Assembly: GCA_964016885.1 (NCBI GenBank)
Contig: OZ024743.1
Span: 42,284,001 to 42,348,000, forward strand
Direction: 5' to 3'
Source of the DNA: Eledone cirrhosa
Lineage: Eukaryota
DNA length: 64,000 nucleotides
A program made the translations under genes and the position numbers. Positions 1-13,182 of the stretch are shown here, piece by piece. How positions within the stretch are numbered: the stretch's first letter is position 1; each line of letters opens with the position of its first letter. The notes below the pieces were generated by a model. That model saw only the letters and a list, made by a program, of their open reading frames with translations, had not been told where the DNA came from and ran no database searches.

Positions 1-49
1 ACCCTATATATCTCTATGGGTACTTAGTAATCAGAGAGATATTTACCTC

Positions 50-116
<67 letters not shown>

Positions 117-393
117 CATTCATATATTTATTTATAAGTATATATATATATATATAATAAAATGTGCAGAGGAAGCACACGAGTTAGGATATATATATAT
201 GAAAACAGGGAGAAAGAGAAGGTTATTAGGAAGAACATTTTTCTTTTCTTTTTTTATTTCTTTTCTCTTTTTTCTGGGTTAGAAAATGATTAAAACGAAA
301 TGTTTTACTTTCTGTGTAGTGTTAAGGTATTAGTTGATGTATTCATTAATTAACAATGGCATTTATTTATCTATTTATATATTTAATAATTGT

Positions 394-435
394 CTATTAC
401 CGGTTTCAGCATTTTTATGCATTATCAAATGATAG
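394..435 (-). ncRNA. Degenerate minimal type I hammerhead ribozyme
   Basis: Minus strand: ctatcat-TTGATAA-tgcat aaaa atgct-GAAAC-CG-GTA-atag. Palindromic stem III ACCGGT; core mutated from CUGAUGA. Confidence 0.5.
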
Positions 436-527
436 TGATATGTATTAGTGTAGTATGGTGGTGTTGCACATGTTAAAGAAATGGTGCAGAAAGAATAATG
501 TTATTTACAAACAGCGTTTATGAAGTG

Positions 528-688
528 AAAAGAAAAAAGAAAAAAGAAAAAAGAAAAAAAGAAAAAAGAAAAAAGAAAAAAGAAAAAAGAAAAAAGAAAA
601 AAGAAAAAAGGAAAAAGAAAAAAGAAAAAAAGAAAAAAGAAAAAAGAAAAAAGAAAAAAGAAAAAAGAAAAAAGAAAAAAGAAAAAAA
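528..688. repeat. (GAAAAAA)n heptamer microsatellite
   Basis: Directly visible; explains the K/E/R-rich and F-rich ORFs at 498-774. Confidence 0.95.
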
Positions 689-1600
689 CGGGCGTAATGT
701 AGAGCATAAAAAGTCAATGTGAAAGGAAAAATAATGTTATTTACAGGCATAGTTCTTGATGTAAAGCAGATCAAAATGTGTTAATATAACAAGGGTGCTT
801 AGTTCATCCATCATTCCACGAGGGAGGCAAAATCGGCCCTCCGCCATACCCACATAGGATTTGACATCCTTAATAAATTAGAGCGGGTGTGTTGCATTGC
901 TGTTGAAAGGGACAAGCTTCGGGCTTATGGCAAGAGCGCCCTAGTGAGGTGTTGCTCTTAGGGCTGTTGGTGATGTGGGTCTTCATCTTCTTAGCGCAGG
1001 AGTCTCCTAGTTTTACTTTGTGTCGGTTAAAGATGGAACGGTATTTATGACCTATGGGAAAGTGTCTATCTAAGAGGGCTAGATATGTTTTGGCTACATT
1101 GGTTTTAACGTTAAGTGAGAAGGAAGGAGATAACCAGATAGTTTGTCTATTGTTACGCTTTCTTTTCTTAATGCTGTTGTTGATAGTGGGAGAGTAAGTG
1201 ATAGGTTGCGAGAAGCCGCTGTTAGCTAACGCCGTGTAGGGTGCCGCCCTGTCAAAGATAGCCTTATTAGAGGAGAGGTTTCAGATTCTAGTACTGATAG
1301 TATTTACGAAGTTTCTAAAAACAGTGGGAGGGTGGCATGAGTCCTTGTGAATGTAACTGAGTTTTTCGTTTAGCTTATGGAAGGGTATGTAGGTGTGTGT
1401 GCGAAGGTCTAAATTAATGTCTGAGAAATCTAAGCTAGAGAAGTTGGTAGCTACTTTTATCCAAAGTCCTAACTCATTGAAGATAGAAGCTAAGTCTTTT
1501 TTAAACAGGGCGAGGTCGTGACCACTTTTATGGTTCGATAATGTCAGACCGTCGTCGCGGTATATTCCCGTGTGGAAGTCCGGGCATCTAACACAGGGTA

Positions 1601-1741
1601 AATTCTCGAGCTTCGAACTCATCAGGAAACAAACTCATTTGGACAAAGAATTTTCTTAAGTGATCTCTTCTTAAAGGATCACTTAAGAAAATTCTTTGTC
1701 CAAATGAGTTTGCTTCCTGATGAGTTCGAAGCTTGAGAATT
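1601..1741. repeat. Fold-back inverted repeat (about 65-bp arms)
   Basis: 1601-1665 is the near-perfect reverse complement of 1677-1741. Confidence 0.9.
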
Positions 1742-1784
1742 CAGACTTAATAGGTTATTTCCGAAAGGGAACGAACCCTAAGGG
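1713..1784 (+). ncRNA. Possible hammerhead motif with imperfect stem I
   Basis: CTGATGA (1717) G...C GAAA (1763) GGG aacgaa CCC TA aggg. Stem III is good; stem I is mismatched at the core. Confidence 0.3.
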
Positions 1785-2203
1785 TAGAAACGTAATCCTG
1801 GTATGTGTATATGCATTTTTTCTTCTAACTTTAATTTTATACCTAATTGTTTATAGTTGACGGTATATTTAATCGATTTCCACGTGCTATTGAAATGTTG
1901 GGTAAATATTCTATAGCGGTTTATCGCGAATACATTGCTGTCGTTTATTTATCCACTATTTCTTCAGAGGTGCCTTTTAATCTTATAGCCTGGTTTAATT
2001 GGGTTTTTTTGTGTGGTTGATTATGCTAATTAGGAGAGGAAATGGTGCATATATATTATCAAATGATTCTATGGACATACTTTATAGTATATTGTTCTGA
2101 TTATTTAATTTATTAATTCATCATTGAGCCACATCGTGAATGGTTGCCAAAACATATATATCTGTGACTTTGTCTAGTTTGTGTATATGTAAATCTTTAT
2201 ATT

Positions 2204-2481
<278 letters not shown>

Positions 2482-4295
2482 TATATATATATATATATAT
2501 TAGCAATTTTATCGATTTTATGAATAATTTTATGAATAAGTGTAACTTTGAATTTTAAATTCTGTTTATATATATATATATATATATAATGCATGGATAT
2601 ATAGGTATAGGGATAGGTATATTCGTACAAGTGTGTGTAAACAATAAATATATCTAATATTTCAATGCTACTATATCATTATGACATCATTAATAATCAT
2701 AGTAATATTCAATACAATTGTTGTAATACGGCGATTAAAGCAGGTCATGAGTTGATAAGTAATCCTTAAATTGTGAAATGACTTGAATGATACTGTATGT
2801 ACGTTCTTACTGTTGATTTGTGTATCCTGTTTTGAACACTTCTTGAAACAAAGCAAAATGTTTGATGCCAGGAAGGATATCCGGCCATAAATGAAATAAA
2901 GTATTCTATTACGAAATTAAAGCTTGAAATGAGGCTAACAACCGTTTTATCAGGATGTATTCCTCTTCAGTGATTGCTGCATTAAATGTGCACATGCCTG
3001 TGACATGTGATTTTTGTTTATGTTATTGTAACTGAGAAATAAATATTTTACCTGACGATAATCAAATATTTGTGATGAAAGACCAGAAAATTATGAACGT
3101 ATGATTTACTTAAACTGCACTATTGGAAATGAAGCTACGAGCTCCACCCATTTGTTCTTAATGCATTTAGTTTATTTTAGTTTGTAGGAATGAAGTTAGG
3201 ACACATCCATGCACGAGAATTTTACTGAAAATTTATCATTTTTCTTTAGGTGATTTGTTTTACAACTAGTGAAAAATTGACTCAATAAAACCTAAATGGA
3301 TTTATTTATAGAAAATCGATATGACTTCAACACGGAAAAACGAAAAATATGTCATTTGTAGCCATAGTTAATTCAATATTTAATATTGGGAGATTTGAGA
3401 GATTATTATGAACAACTTTTGAACGATTTCTTTTGTCGTTTGATTTCATTATATTTTTAAGTACATTTTTAAAAATAGAAACACCATTTCAATAAAGGAA
3501 TCTAACATTGTAAAAGAAAATGTTCTGGAAAAATATATGATATTTTCTGATATAAAACAATTCAGCAATACATTCAAAGTATTTCGAATTTGAAAAGGTT
3601 ATTTAGGTTTTCAGTAACATTTTGTCATATATATTTTGATATTTTAGAATTTTAGTTTGGGGGACCCGTGCTTCCGAAAAGCTCTTCCTCGATTCTCCTA
3701 TCCTTACAAACGTGGGTGATTTCAAAAATATATATCTCCATCCCTTTCTGAATTAATCATAACAGAGAGAATGTTGGTGTAAAGATGGAGTTAGAACGAT
3801 GTAGAGATGCACTGGGAAATAATTATCGATAAGACTGTGATGGTATTATTTTAACAATTGTTTGATGGATAAATAAATTGATCAGTAGTAAAACTGAAGT
3901 GTAACTCAACGAGCACGTTTGAAGTGATTCATTGCATATGAAAACCCAAATTTACAATATATGGTTCAACACGAAATATAAAAATAGGAGAAAACATCTT
4001 TCGGCAAAATATACATTTTAGAAAATTTCGTCTTATGTTTTATGCATAAATAATTGTTTCTACTTTAGGCACAAGGCCAGCAATTAAATAATGTTTCCTG
4101 GCCATTCTAATGCTCTGTATATTTATCTGCCCATCTAATCTGTATTGACTATTCTATTGTCTCTTTAATCATACCTGCCTGGATATATATATATTTGCTC
4201 TAGTGTTCTTATACATTTGATATATATATATCCTTATCGAGCCTTCTTTGGTTTTAGTCTTCACATCTATTATTATTACTCTCTCTCTATCTATC

Positions 4296-4327
<32 letters not shown>

Positions 4328-4445
4328 CGCGTGTGTGGGGTGGCGGTGCGTGGGTGCACGTGTGTGTGTATGTCTCTTTCTCTCTATCTATCTCCCTCTC
4401 TCTCTCTTTTTCCCTCTCTCTCTGGATATATAAATATGTCTGTGT

Positions 4446-4716
4446 GTGTATCACTGTCATACACGAAAACACGAAATACGCAAGAAAATAAACATAAGCA
4501 CCTACATTCTACTTTAGCCCCATACTTCGGATGATGCAATCTCGTGCATGAATGTGGTATTTAATAATATTGAACGTAATGGAACCTGGGTTCAATATTA
4601 TTAAATACCACCTTCATGCACGAGATTTGCATCATCCGAGGGATGGGCTAAATTGTATGTATGTGCTTATGTTCAGTTTCTTGCGTATTTCATTTTTTCG
4701 TGTATGACATTGATAT
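4446..4716. repeat. Diverged fold-back inverted repeat between microsatellites
   Basis: tgtcatacacgaaaa...aatattgaac is mirrored by gttcaatatt...ttcgtgtatgaca. Confidence 0.85.
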
Positions 4717-4723
4717 ATATATG

Positions 4724-4845
<122 letters not shown>

Positions 4846-5143
4846 AACACAAACAGACACATATATAAATGTGTGTATGTATACTCGCACACATACACTT
4901 TCACGCACAGACATGCAGTCACACACACACATAAGCACACTCACCTAAATATACACATATATATAAATATAGTACCGCGTCCATCCATCCAAATCTGTAT
5001 CTGTCAGTCTGTATATTTTATTCAATATCATATCATGTTACTACGTATATAATTTTCTATGTACAATGTGATTTCTAAAAAAATAATTCCATTGTTAATT
5101 CTTCAGTTTAAAATTCGGAATTATATATATATATATATATATA

Positions 5144-6060
5144 TTAGAAAGTGAGTTTTTTTTTACAAAATGAAACATAACCGAGGTGTCCTACATGAGT
5201 GAAAGTATAAGGAAAAAAGATGAAATCGAAAATGCAACTGGAGTCTTTTCTTTTTTAAATATATATTTATTTGGTTCATTTACCGGTTTCGCAGTTCTTC
5301 TGCTTTTCAAAAGTAGAATTAAGATGGAGGTTCTGTGGTTTTTCTCACATCTGGTTGGTCTTTGAGTAAGCGAAATGATTTTTTACAACAAAATGTTGTC
5401 CTCATTGAGATGTATATGTGTTTCCTTCAATGAGGTGAGTGCAGGTTCCACAATTAGAGCGACCACATTTTTTGACAGTTGGTTGTGGGTTTGTGGTAGA
5501 TAATTTGGCATTGGTGAGTAATATTTTTAGTGATTTCGGTTGTCTTTTGCTTTTGATTATTTTGTGTGTTTCAAGGGCTGTTTCATTCTTGGGTTTTGTT
5601 TCAATAGTGGGATGTTCTTCTGAATAGTGTTGTAAGATTCCTCATTTCTTGGGTTGTGTGTTGAGATATATGATAGAATATTGGACGTACCTTGAATTTG
5701 TTTCTGTTTTCATAATTCACCAATGCCTATTAGTAATGGTGGGTACTGTCTTTCGAGTAGAATTTCCTTAGTTCTTGAAGTCTTTTATTTGGCGTTTCAT
5801 AATTGGAGACAATCGTGCAAATTATTATTGCTAGTTTAAAAGGGATGTTCGTCTTCGTGTGCTTTGGATTGTTGGAGGTGAATACAGGTACTGTTTGGAA
5901 TCTGTTGGTTTGTAGTGTATGTCAGTTTCAATATTTATGCCTTTCTTTAAGATTAAGATGTCCAGAAATGGGAGATGATCGTGGTTGTATTCCATTGTGA
6001 ATTGGATGTGGTTATTGATGCCGTTAATTAATTTTTTTAAAATCATTTAGTTGCTCGAGT
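5144..6060 (-). mobile_element. Decayed Penelope-like element (RT thumb, Cys linker, family A terminus)
   Basis: IQFTMEYNHDHLPFLDILILKKGINIETDIHYKPTDSKQYL; linker KCGRSNCGTCTH; flanked by (TA)n. Confidence 0.85.
5277..5314 (-). ncRNA. Degenerate minimal hammerhead ribozyme
   Basis: TTGAAAA-gcag aagaa ctgc-GAAAC-CG-GTA-aatg. Perfect stem II and palindromic stem III; core decayed. Confidence 0.55.
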
Positions 6061-6061
6061 G

Positions 6062-7957
6062 TAATATATATATAAAGGATGAATAATAACAGGTAGACAT
6101 CATAAAAAGGTAACTTATTACGAGTTCTTACAAATGTTTCAACAGTAGATATACAGATTCGTCATGCTATGTGCAAATTGGTAATTATTCGTTTGCAGAA
6201 ACTCAATTTTCAAATGCTGCTTCCTCAGAGCAGAATGGTTAAAATGTAAACACCCTTCTATTACTTAAAGGAAGTTATTGGGGAAAATAGAGTAGAAAAG
6301 GAAGAGATAAAGAAGGGGAGAGAGAGAGAGAGAGAGATGTAGGAGTTGGAGAAATGGGAGAGAGTGGTTTTAAGAATACAGATGGCTCAATCAAAATGTT
6401 GTGGTTGGGGTTTTATTATACTGCTTACTCTCAAAATGACAACCTTAGGCATTGTGTTGTCAAGTTTGGAATTATTTATTGCCTCAGACAGCAGGTTCAT
6501 AGATGTGGAGAGGTGTGATGGGGGGGGGGGTATACCTAGGGCGAGAGAGGGAGGAAGGGAGAGAGAGAAAGAAAGAGAGATAGAGAGGAGACAGACGAAA
6601 GCTACAAGAAGGGGATACATCGGGTTCATAGCTGTAGTCTGCAAATCGCACTCAAGTATCCATTCATAATGATAAGCAGGGTATTAGCTTGTAGTGTGGG
6701 GCTGGGGGATATAGTTAGGAAGTAGTTATTGAGAGAAAATAGTTTGCGAGAAAGCGGTCTTGTAGTCTCGGGTTCAAATGTTAATTTATTTTATAGTGAG
6801 AGAATTTAGCCTTCAGTTTGTGGTTGCAGTATAATGATGGTTCGATTCTGTCATTTAATAATTTGTTTTTGTATTTTAAGATATATAAGAGTTCAAGGCT
6901 GCATAATCTGCAGTACTTCAATCCACTCCGATATGCACTAGCGCTGGATAATTTATCCCATTTCTAGGTGAACGGCCGATTGCATTCTCGGAGTTGCCAG
7001 TTCTTATTGGCGAACGTAGTCACAATACGGTGTTTAGGATGTTTAATAGAAAATCGATGAGGATACCAGCGAGATTTAAAGGAGGTAGTGGTAGAACCGA
7101 TGTAATACCATTTCTGGTCGTTCGATTCGACAGTGCATTATTAAACAATGTTGGACTCTAGGCATTTGTTCTTCAATGGGCATCTTTCGGGTAGGTGGCA
7201 GTTGCAGTTTTTGTTGTGAGTAGCAGGTATAACATGGATAGGTTAGGATAACATTTCAGGTGGGTTGTGTACTACCCGTCTCTCATTTGGTAGTTGGGAG
7301 GCCGATATTACGTTATGCTCATCTGTTACTAAAATATTTTGTTTTGTAGTGTTGTTTAATAATTGCTTTAAGTTAAATTTTGTTTATGTATGCTTCAAGG
7401 TTTGGTGCAGTGGAGTATGACAGCTTAATAGTCTTAGAGTTTAGAATCTTACTGTATTTATGAGAATTAGGGAAATGGTTGTTAATTAACTTAAAGAATG
7501 AAAGAGATAGTTCTGGACTAATCGAAGCATTAAACATGGGATATACCAGATATACTTTCTACAACGTAATTTATTGAGTTTGGTGATGATTTTCTATTAT
7601 TAGTATGTCTGGTGGTACTGCGTGTGTGCGCTTGTATTTCTGCACATCGGTTACATATTCTTTTAACCCGTGTGTAGCTATGTGTGTTATGGAGATCCTT
7701 ATCAATGTATGTATTCTATTTTATCCCGGTGGTCTGCATTCCTTAATGCGTTATTATAGTATTCAGCATGTTCACTGAAAATCTCTGAGTTAAACGATAG
7801 GCGAGATATTCTGAGAGAAATACTATGGGAAACCGATTTGATCATGGAAAGTGGGTGATTCGAGTTAAAATTAATATAGGTCAGTTTCTAATTTATCTTG
7901 TGGAAGTGTCGTATCAGTCCAGTATTCAAATTAAGAGTTACGTCTAGAAAATTCACC
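6062..7957 (-). mobile_element. Penelope-like element 3' half (RT end, GIY-YIG, 3' UTR), inverted relative to 7966-9240
   Basis: VNFLDVTLNLNTG; zinc knuckle NCNCHLPERCPLKNKCL; WYYIGSTTTSFKSRW. 7434-7957 is an inverted copy of 8727-9236. Confidence 0.9.
6125..6232 (-). ncRNA. Hammerhead motif with long stem II at the PLE 3' end
   Basis: gct-CTGAGGA-agcag...ctgtt-GAAAC-attt-GTA-aga. Confidence 0.55.
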
Positions 7958-7965
7958 ACATAAGA

Positions 7966-9240
7966 AATATAGAAAAACGAGTAAACTACACTAATGAACA
8001 TTAACAACGAAGCATATAAAATAGTAAAGAATCTCAAGATAGACGATAGAACCGAGCCTATTATACCCGCAACCCCCACCTTTAACCTGAAGGACCATAA
8101 GGTAAATTTTGACTCTAAGCCTAAGATTAGACTTATATGCCATTCTAAATCAGAGATAGGAAAAATTAGCAAACATATACTTGACAGGGTAATAACTCAA
8201 TTGAAAAAGAAAATAGAAATTAAATTATGGGGCAACACTAGCGAAGCAATTCGATGGTTTAATAACGATAAGAACAAGAGTAAGTCTAAGTTTATACAAT
8301 TCGACATAGACGAATAGTACTCTTCAATATCACCAATTCTTTACGTAAGGTCCTATCGTTTGCCAAGGTCAATTCCGACCTAACGGAGGACGAAATTAAT
8401 ATTATTCTAAAGGCTAGGAAAACTATTATCAAGTTTGATAACTGTTACTGGGAACGTAGGGACAGACCCACAAACATCGACATCACCATGAGCTCTAACG
8501 ACTCAGCGGAGGTCACGGATCTTGTGGAAATCGTCTAACTCTGGGATTTTGATAGCCCACATACTACATGGAAGATTTAGTAACCTACAGGGGGAATATA
8601 TAGAGATGACGCGATTTTATTAGTTATTAACTTAAATAACCAAAATCTTGAAAGGCTACGGAAAAACATTAGAAAATCTTTTAGTGAACTGGTTCTAAAA
8701 ATAACGTACGAATAAAATCTTAAAGAGGTAAATTTTCTAGACGTAACTCTTAATTTGAATACTGGACTGATACGACCCACAAGATAAATTGGAACCTTAC
8801 CTATATTAATTTTAACTCGAATCACCCACTTTCCATGATCAAATAGGTTCCCCGTAGTATTTCTCTCAGAATCTCTCGCCTATCGTCTAACTCTGAGATT
8901 TTCAGTAAACAGGCTGAATACTATAATAACGCATTAAGGAATGCAGACCACCGGGATAAAATAGAATACATTGATAAGAATATCCATAACACACATAGCT
9001 ACACACGAAATCAAAGAACATGTAACCGAGGTGCAGAAATACAAGCGCACACACGCAATACCATCAGACATACTAATAATAGAAAATCATCACCAAACTC
9101 ACATAAATTACGTTGTAGAAAGTATATCTGGTATAATCCCATTTTTAATGCTTCGATTTGTCCAAAACTATCTCTTTCATTCTTTAAGTTAATTAACAAG
9201 CGTTTCCCTAGTTCCCATAAAGATTCTAAACTCTAAAACA
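7966..9240 (+). mobile_element. Penelope-like RT (YRDD type), pseudogenised
   Basis: FNLKDHKVNF...IRLICHSKSEIGKISK...FIQFDIDE, GGIYRDD, NFLDVTLNLNTG, with stops and frameshifts. Confidence 0.9.
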
Positions 9241-10379
9241 TTTTGAAGACCTTGCGCTATTAAGCTCGGCGAGTGCTAGGCTCAGCTGAACACCAACAGT
9301 GTTTAACCAACGTTTGAAAGTACAACAATAATATATGTATGCATTTGAATTGTTGGCACAAATACTACTGTATCATGGATAATTATAGAAAACATTCTCA
9401 TGGTTGTTGTACGCTTTAGACCTATAATTATTCCTTACATAATCACAAGACCAGAAACGCCAGAATGACGTATGCGTTTGATGTAATCCATCCCATTTAT
9501 TTTTACTGTTTATTTATGGAATGAAAGTAAGTACCCGAAACCTTTTACAGGGTCCGAAAGTCTGCTGTGAAGGGGTGAGGGTAACGGTGTCCCGTAATCG
9601 GAGATAGGGTGAGAATGCTGGCAACATTGGGGATTTCACTAAAACTGGTTACACTAGTTAATATTACATCCACCTGCGAGCAGCGGATTAATTGTGGGGG
9701 CTAACTAGGCGTCAATATAATATACAATCAGAAATGAATCAGATACTTATCCACTCACACAATCCACTCACAATTCTGTCAAACCTTCGCCGTATAGTTC
9801 TCGGGAAAATTCAATACACTGTCGACATTCATGTCGTTCTGAGGCAGAATGTCAAGTAAAGGCCAGGAGGTTAATTACCCGATTCCCAATTAATTTTGGA
9901 AATCTATTAAACATATCGAGGGCGTTTGTAACAGTAAAATCGTAATTCGTAAGTTTTAATTACATAATTATATTACTTTAATTTGAATATTGAAACAACC
10001 TTGTCATTTTAAATAATTTTATTAATGAGCGACGTTGAGCCGTGTTTTTTTTTATTAGAATCTATATGAGACACGGCAATTTAACTGTTACAGCGTTTCT
10101 ACTGATGTACATGTTCTATGAGTCTTCTAGTGCTGGATTCATTCTTAACTGTTATGCGTTTTGTAAGAATTATATTTTTATGTAGCCAATTCTTATACCG
10201 ATTTCGAGATGGATCCTAAATAGATGTCATGTGTTGATATGGATCAGTACTAAGTATGAGAAACTACTTAAATGTTGGATACATTAGAGATGTATGGAAA
10301 ATGAGAAATTGATCAAGGCTGCATCAATTTTAGGAAATTTTGAAAAATGTGGAAATTAAAAAGGAACTTAGATGGAATT

Positions 10380-10760
10380 CTCACGAAAATATTTTGATAA
10401 GCTTTTGAAGAAAAAATTGAGGAAAATTTAAGAAAAATTTCTAAAACATTTCGATGATGTTTGAAGAAAATATCTGAAAAATTTTCAGGAAAATTTTCAA
10501 AGAAGTTTTTATGAAATTTTTTCAGATTTTGTGAAAAGTTTCAAACACTTTGAGAAATATTTTAAAGAAAATGTTTCAAACATCTTCATTTGGGGATAAT
10601 TATTAATTAATTTTTTTTAAATATTAAAGTATTGATTTTGAAATCATTTTGAGGAAAATATTTGAAAACTTTTCAGGAAAATTTTACGAAGATTTTAAAG
10701 AATATATCGTTGAAGATGTTTGAAATGTTTTGAAGAAGTTTAGAGAAATTTTAAAGAAAA
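10380..10760. repeat. Degenerate A/T-tract minisatellite-like region
   Basis: Recurrent ttttgaagaaaa / aaaattttcaggaaaatttt units. Confidence 0.5.
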
Positions 10761-10769
10761 TCAATCCTA

Positions 10770-11300
10770 CATAGCACTACACTAGTCTTGGTTTTCTATG
10801 CTGCAGCACCAATACTATGAACGACACCTTACGGCTTAGCACAAGATGTCTCCGTCCTAAACGAAATGAAAATCTACCTGTACTCTTAGGCATTGTTCCT
10901 GCACCTTTCTCTAGAGAGCATCATTTAAATAGGTTGGTAACAAAAATTTCAATCGACCCAGGATATCCATCCATGGCTTGGCTGTGGATTGATTGCTACT
11001 GGACCACATCATTGGATGTAACACCACTTGTTTATTCGTCAAGCAGCAAGGTTGCGAAACTCAAATTTCAACATGCCTCAGACGCAAATATTCAGCTGGC
11101 AACACGTATATCGACCAGTCCAACTGATTGTCCTTCCGAATACAACCCTCACACCTGTCGGCCGATTTATTGCCGATATGAACCAATAGCGCCAGGAAGT
11201 TGCCAGTGAGCCTCGCCGGAATAAATACTAAGTTAATGAGTGGATCTACGCCGCTGTTGGACTCAACTATCCTGATCCAACTACCGTGAGCAGGATGCAA
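10770..11300 (+). mobile_element. Decayed LINE fragment, post-RT region (Ingi/Vingi- or RTEX-like)
   Basis: STTLVLVFYAAAP...MNDTLRLSTRCLRPKRNENLPVLLGIVPAPFSRE resembles the LNxTMRxITGCLRPTPxxxLPVLAGIAPPxxRR motif. Confidence 0.6.
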
Positions 11301-12452
11301 CCATGGGCGATATCATATGATTTCTGTCTCATAGAAATAAGAAGACAAGCCATCCGCAATAAATACTGGAAATGGTGTATATATAATTGAAATTCCATAT
11401 ACCATCATTAGATACCACGAACAAACTATTTGTAACGTATCCGAAAGCCCACCATTTAGTGTTATGAAACATTGATATGCTTTTGGAAAAGTTTTTTATT
11501 TAAGATGTTTGCTGATATCAATTGACGGATAATGTCTATGCTTAATATAACATGAGCTTCGTTGATTCTTTTTTTTTCTCTTTTTACGTGGCATGTAGTT
11601 GTAGAGAGAATGTAACTTAATAGGTGTAGTTTTGTTAGCGATGTTAGCAAGAAAAGAATCGGCCTGAGTAGTCTACAGGTTATCATGCAGAATGTACGCT
11701 ATATTACCGATTATACACATGAGTAACGAGAAACAAACATCTAATAATATATTTTCAATCCTTCTAACCAATAACAATCCGTAAATGGCTTGAAAATGTT
11801 AAGAGGATTCGGAGTTGCATGGAATTGATAATAATAAGTTCTAAGCGGCAGAATATGTATCATTACTTCAGAATAAATAAATAAACATTACTAAAACTAA
11901 ACATTAATCGACACTCGTGGGGAAATATGGACGGTAATCAACCGTATCAATAAGAGATATATCTCGCCTGAATATATATTGATAAATCACAATACGTTAT
12001 AAAAGCCGAACAAATATAATTGTAAGATGATATATGAATATATAGAAATATTGATTCATATATATATATATATAAATATATATATACTAATATTTTCTTT
12101 TATCACGATACACCCCCCAAAAAGCATGGCTATGTATTCGGCCGGTTCTATATATATTTAACAAGGGTGAAAATATTCCTGGCTAAACTAAAGAGGAACT
12201 GTTTATAATAGTGTAGATATGCAAAGATCCACCTAAGTGTAATTGGAGTGTGTAACTAAGGAAGAAAAAGATTCCTCTATCTTAGTTTTTAATTAGGAAA
12301 GAGATACAGCCGAGGTCTACCCACCTGGGTCGTGTGGGGGTTTGAAGGTAAGATATGCCCTAATTATTAAATTGTTTAGGACTACAAGTGAAGTACTTCT
12401 TTTCCTTTTTGTTCAATATCTGTACCAAGGATTTCACACAATTTCCAATATA

Positions 12453-12492
<40 letters not shown>

Positions 12493-12829
12493 GGTATGTT
12501 TTAAAAAAAGGAAAATAATGCCTCCACTTGTAGTCCTAAATAATTTCATAATATAAAATTAAATTAAATTAAATCTAATCTAATCTGGCCGAGTTTACAT
12601 TCGCAAAGAAGAAAAATTAGGACCGCTCCTAGAAAAAATTGATTTAGTGTACTTCATATTTGTTTCGGTTGCTGAATACAATCGGGGTTCGCCGCTTCTC
12701 CTGTAGGTCAACAGTTCTCTTCTAACTCGATCAGGACCGCCTTTCCATTGTCAATTTGCATTGATCATCAGAAAATTCTCATTGTTCTCAGAACCACTGA
12801 ACTAGTCTTTTCGTGCGTGCAGCTGGAAC

Positions 12830-12983
12830 TACAGCCACCCATTGACTTGAAGGATTTTTTTTCCGCCCTTTGTCAGGTTGTGTTTTTGTCCTGCAGGGTG
12901 TCCAAAATCACCCTCCTCAACAAGTAAATTTAGTTGGGTTGCCGGTTTAGTCACCGACGAGCCGACCATGTGACAGGTCGTAC
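12830..12983 (-). mobile_element. RTE-like 5' region fragment
   Basis: Reverse complement is homologous to 57831-57985 (gtacgacctg...gactaaaccggcaaccca...gaggagggtg...ctgcaggac). Confidence 0.55.
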
Positions 12984-13124
12984 ACGCTACCAGTAGCACT
13001 CGAAAGTGAGACCTGATATAAAACTGCAAGTGAAGTTGTTCTTTTCCTTTATATATATATATATATATATAATATAATGAAATGACAGGAGGCTGGATTT
13101 GTGTAAATCCTTGAAAGGTTTATT

Positions 13125-13182
13125 ATACTATGATCATTTCAATGACCGGGTTCCGTATGAATCCGGTGATATCATCAGGTAT
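13125..13182 (-). ncRNA. Type I hammerhead ribozyme (inverted copy)
   Basis: Reverse complement of 15269-15326. Confidence 0.75.

Larger units (their letters stand above)
120..1600 (-). mobile_element. Decayed Penelope-like element (RT C-terminal part, linker, 3' UTR)
   Basis: ORF 1281-1622 contains GIYRDDGL, LDFSDINLDL and YIHKDSCHPP. Downstream frame reads RKRNNRQTIWLSPSFSLNVKTNVA. Ends at a (TA)/(TG) tract with a degenerate HHR. Confidence 0.85.
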
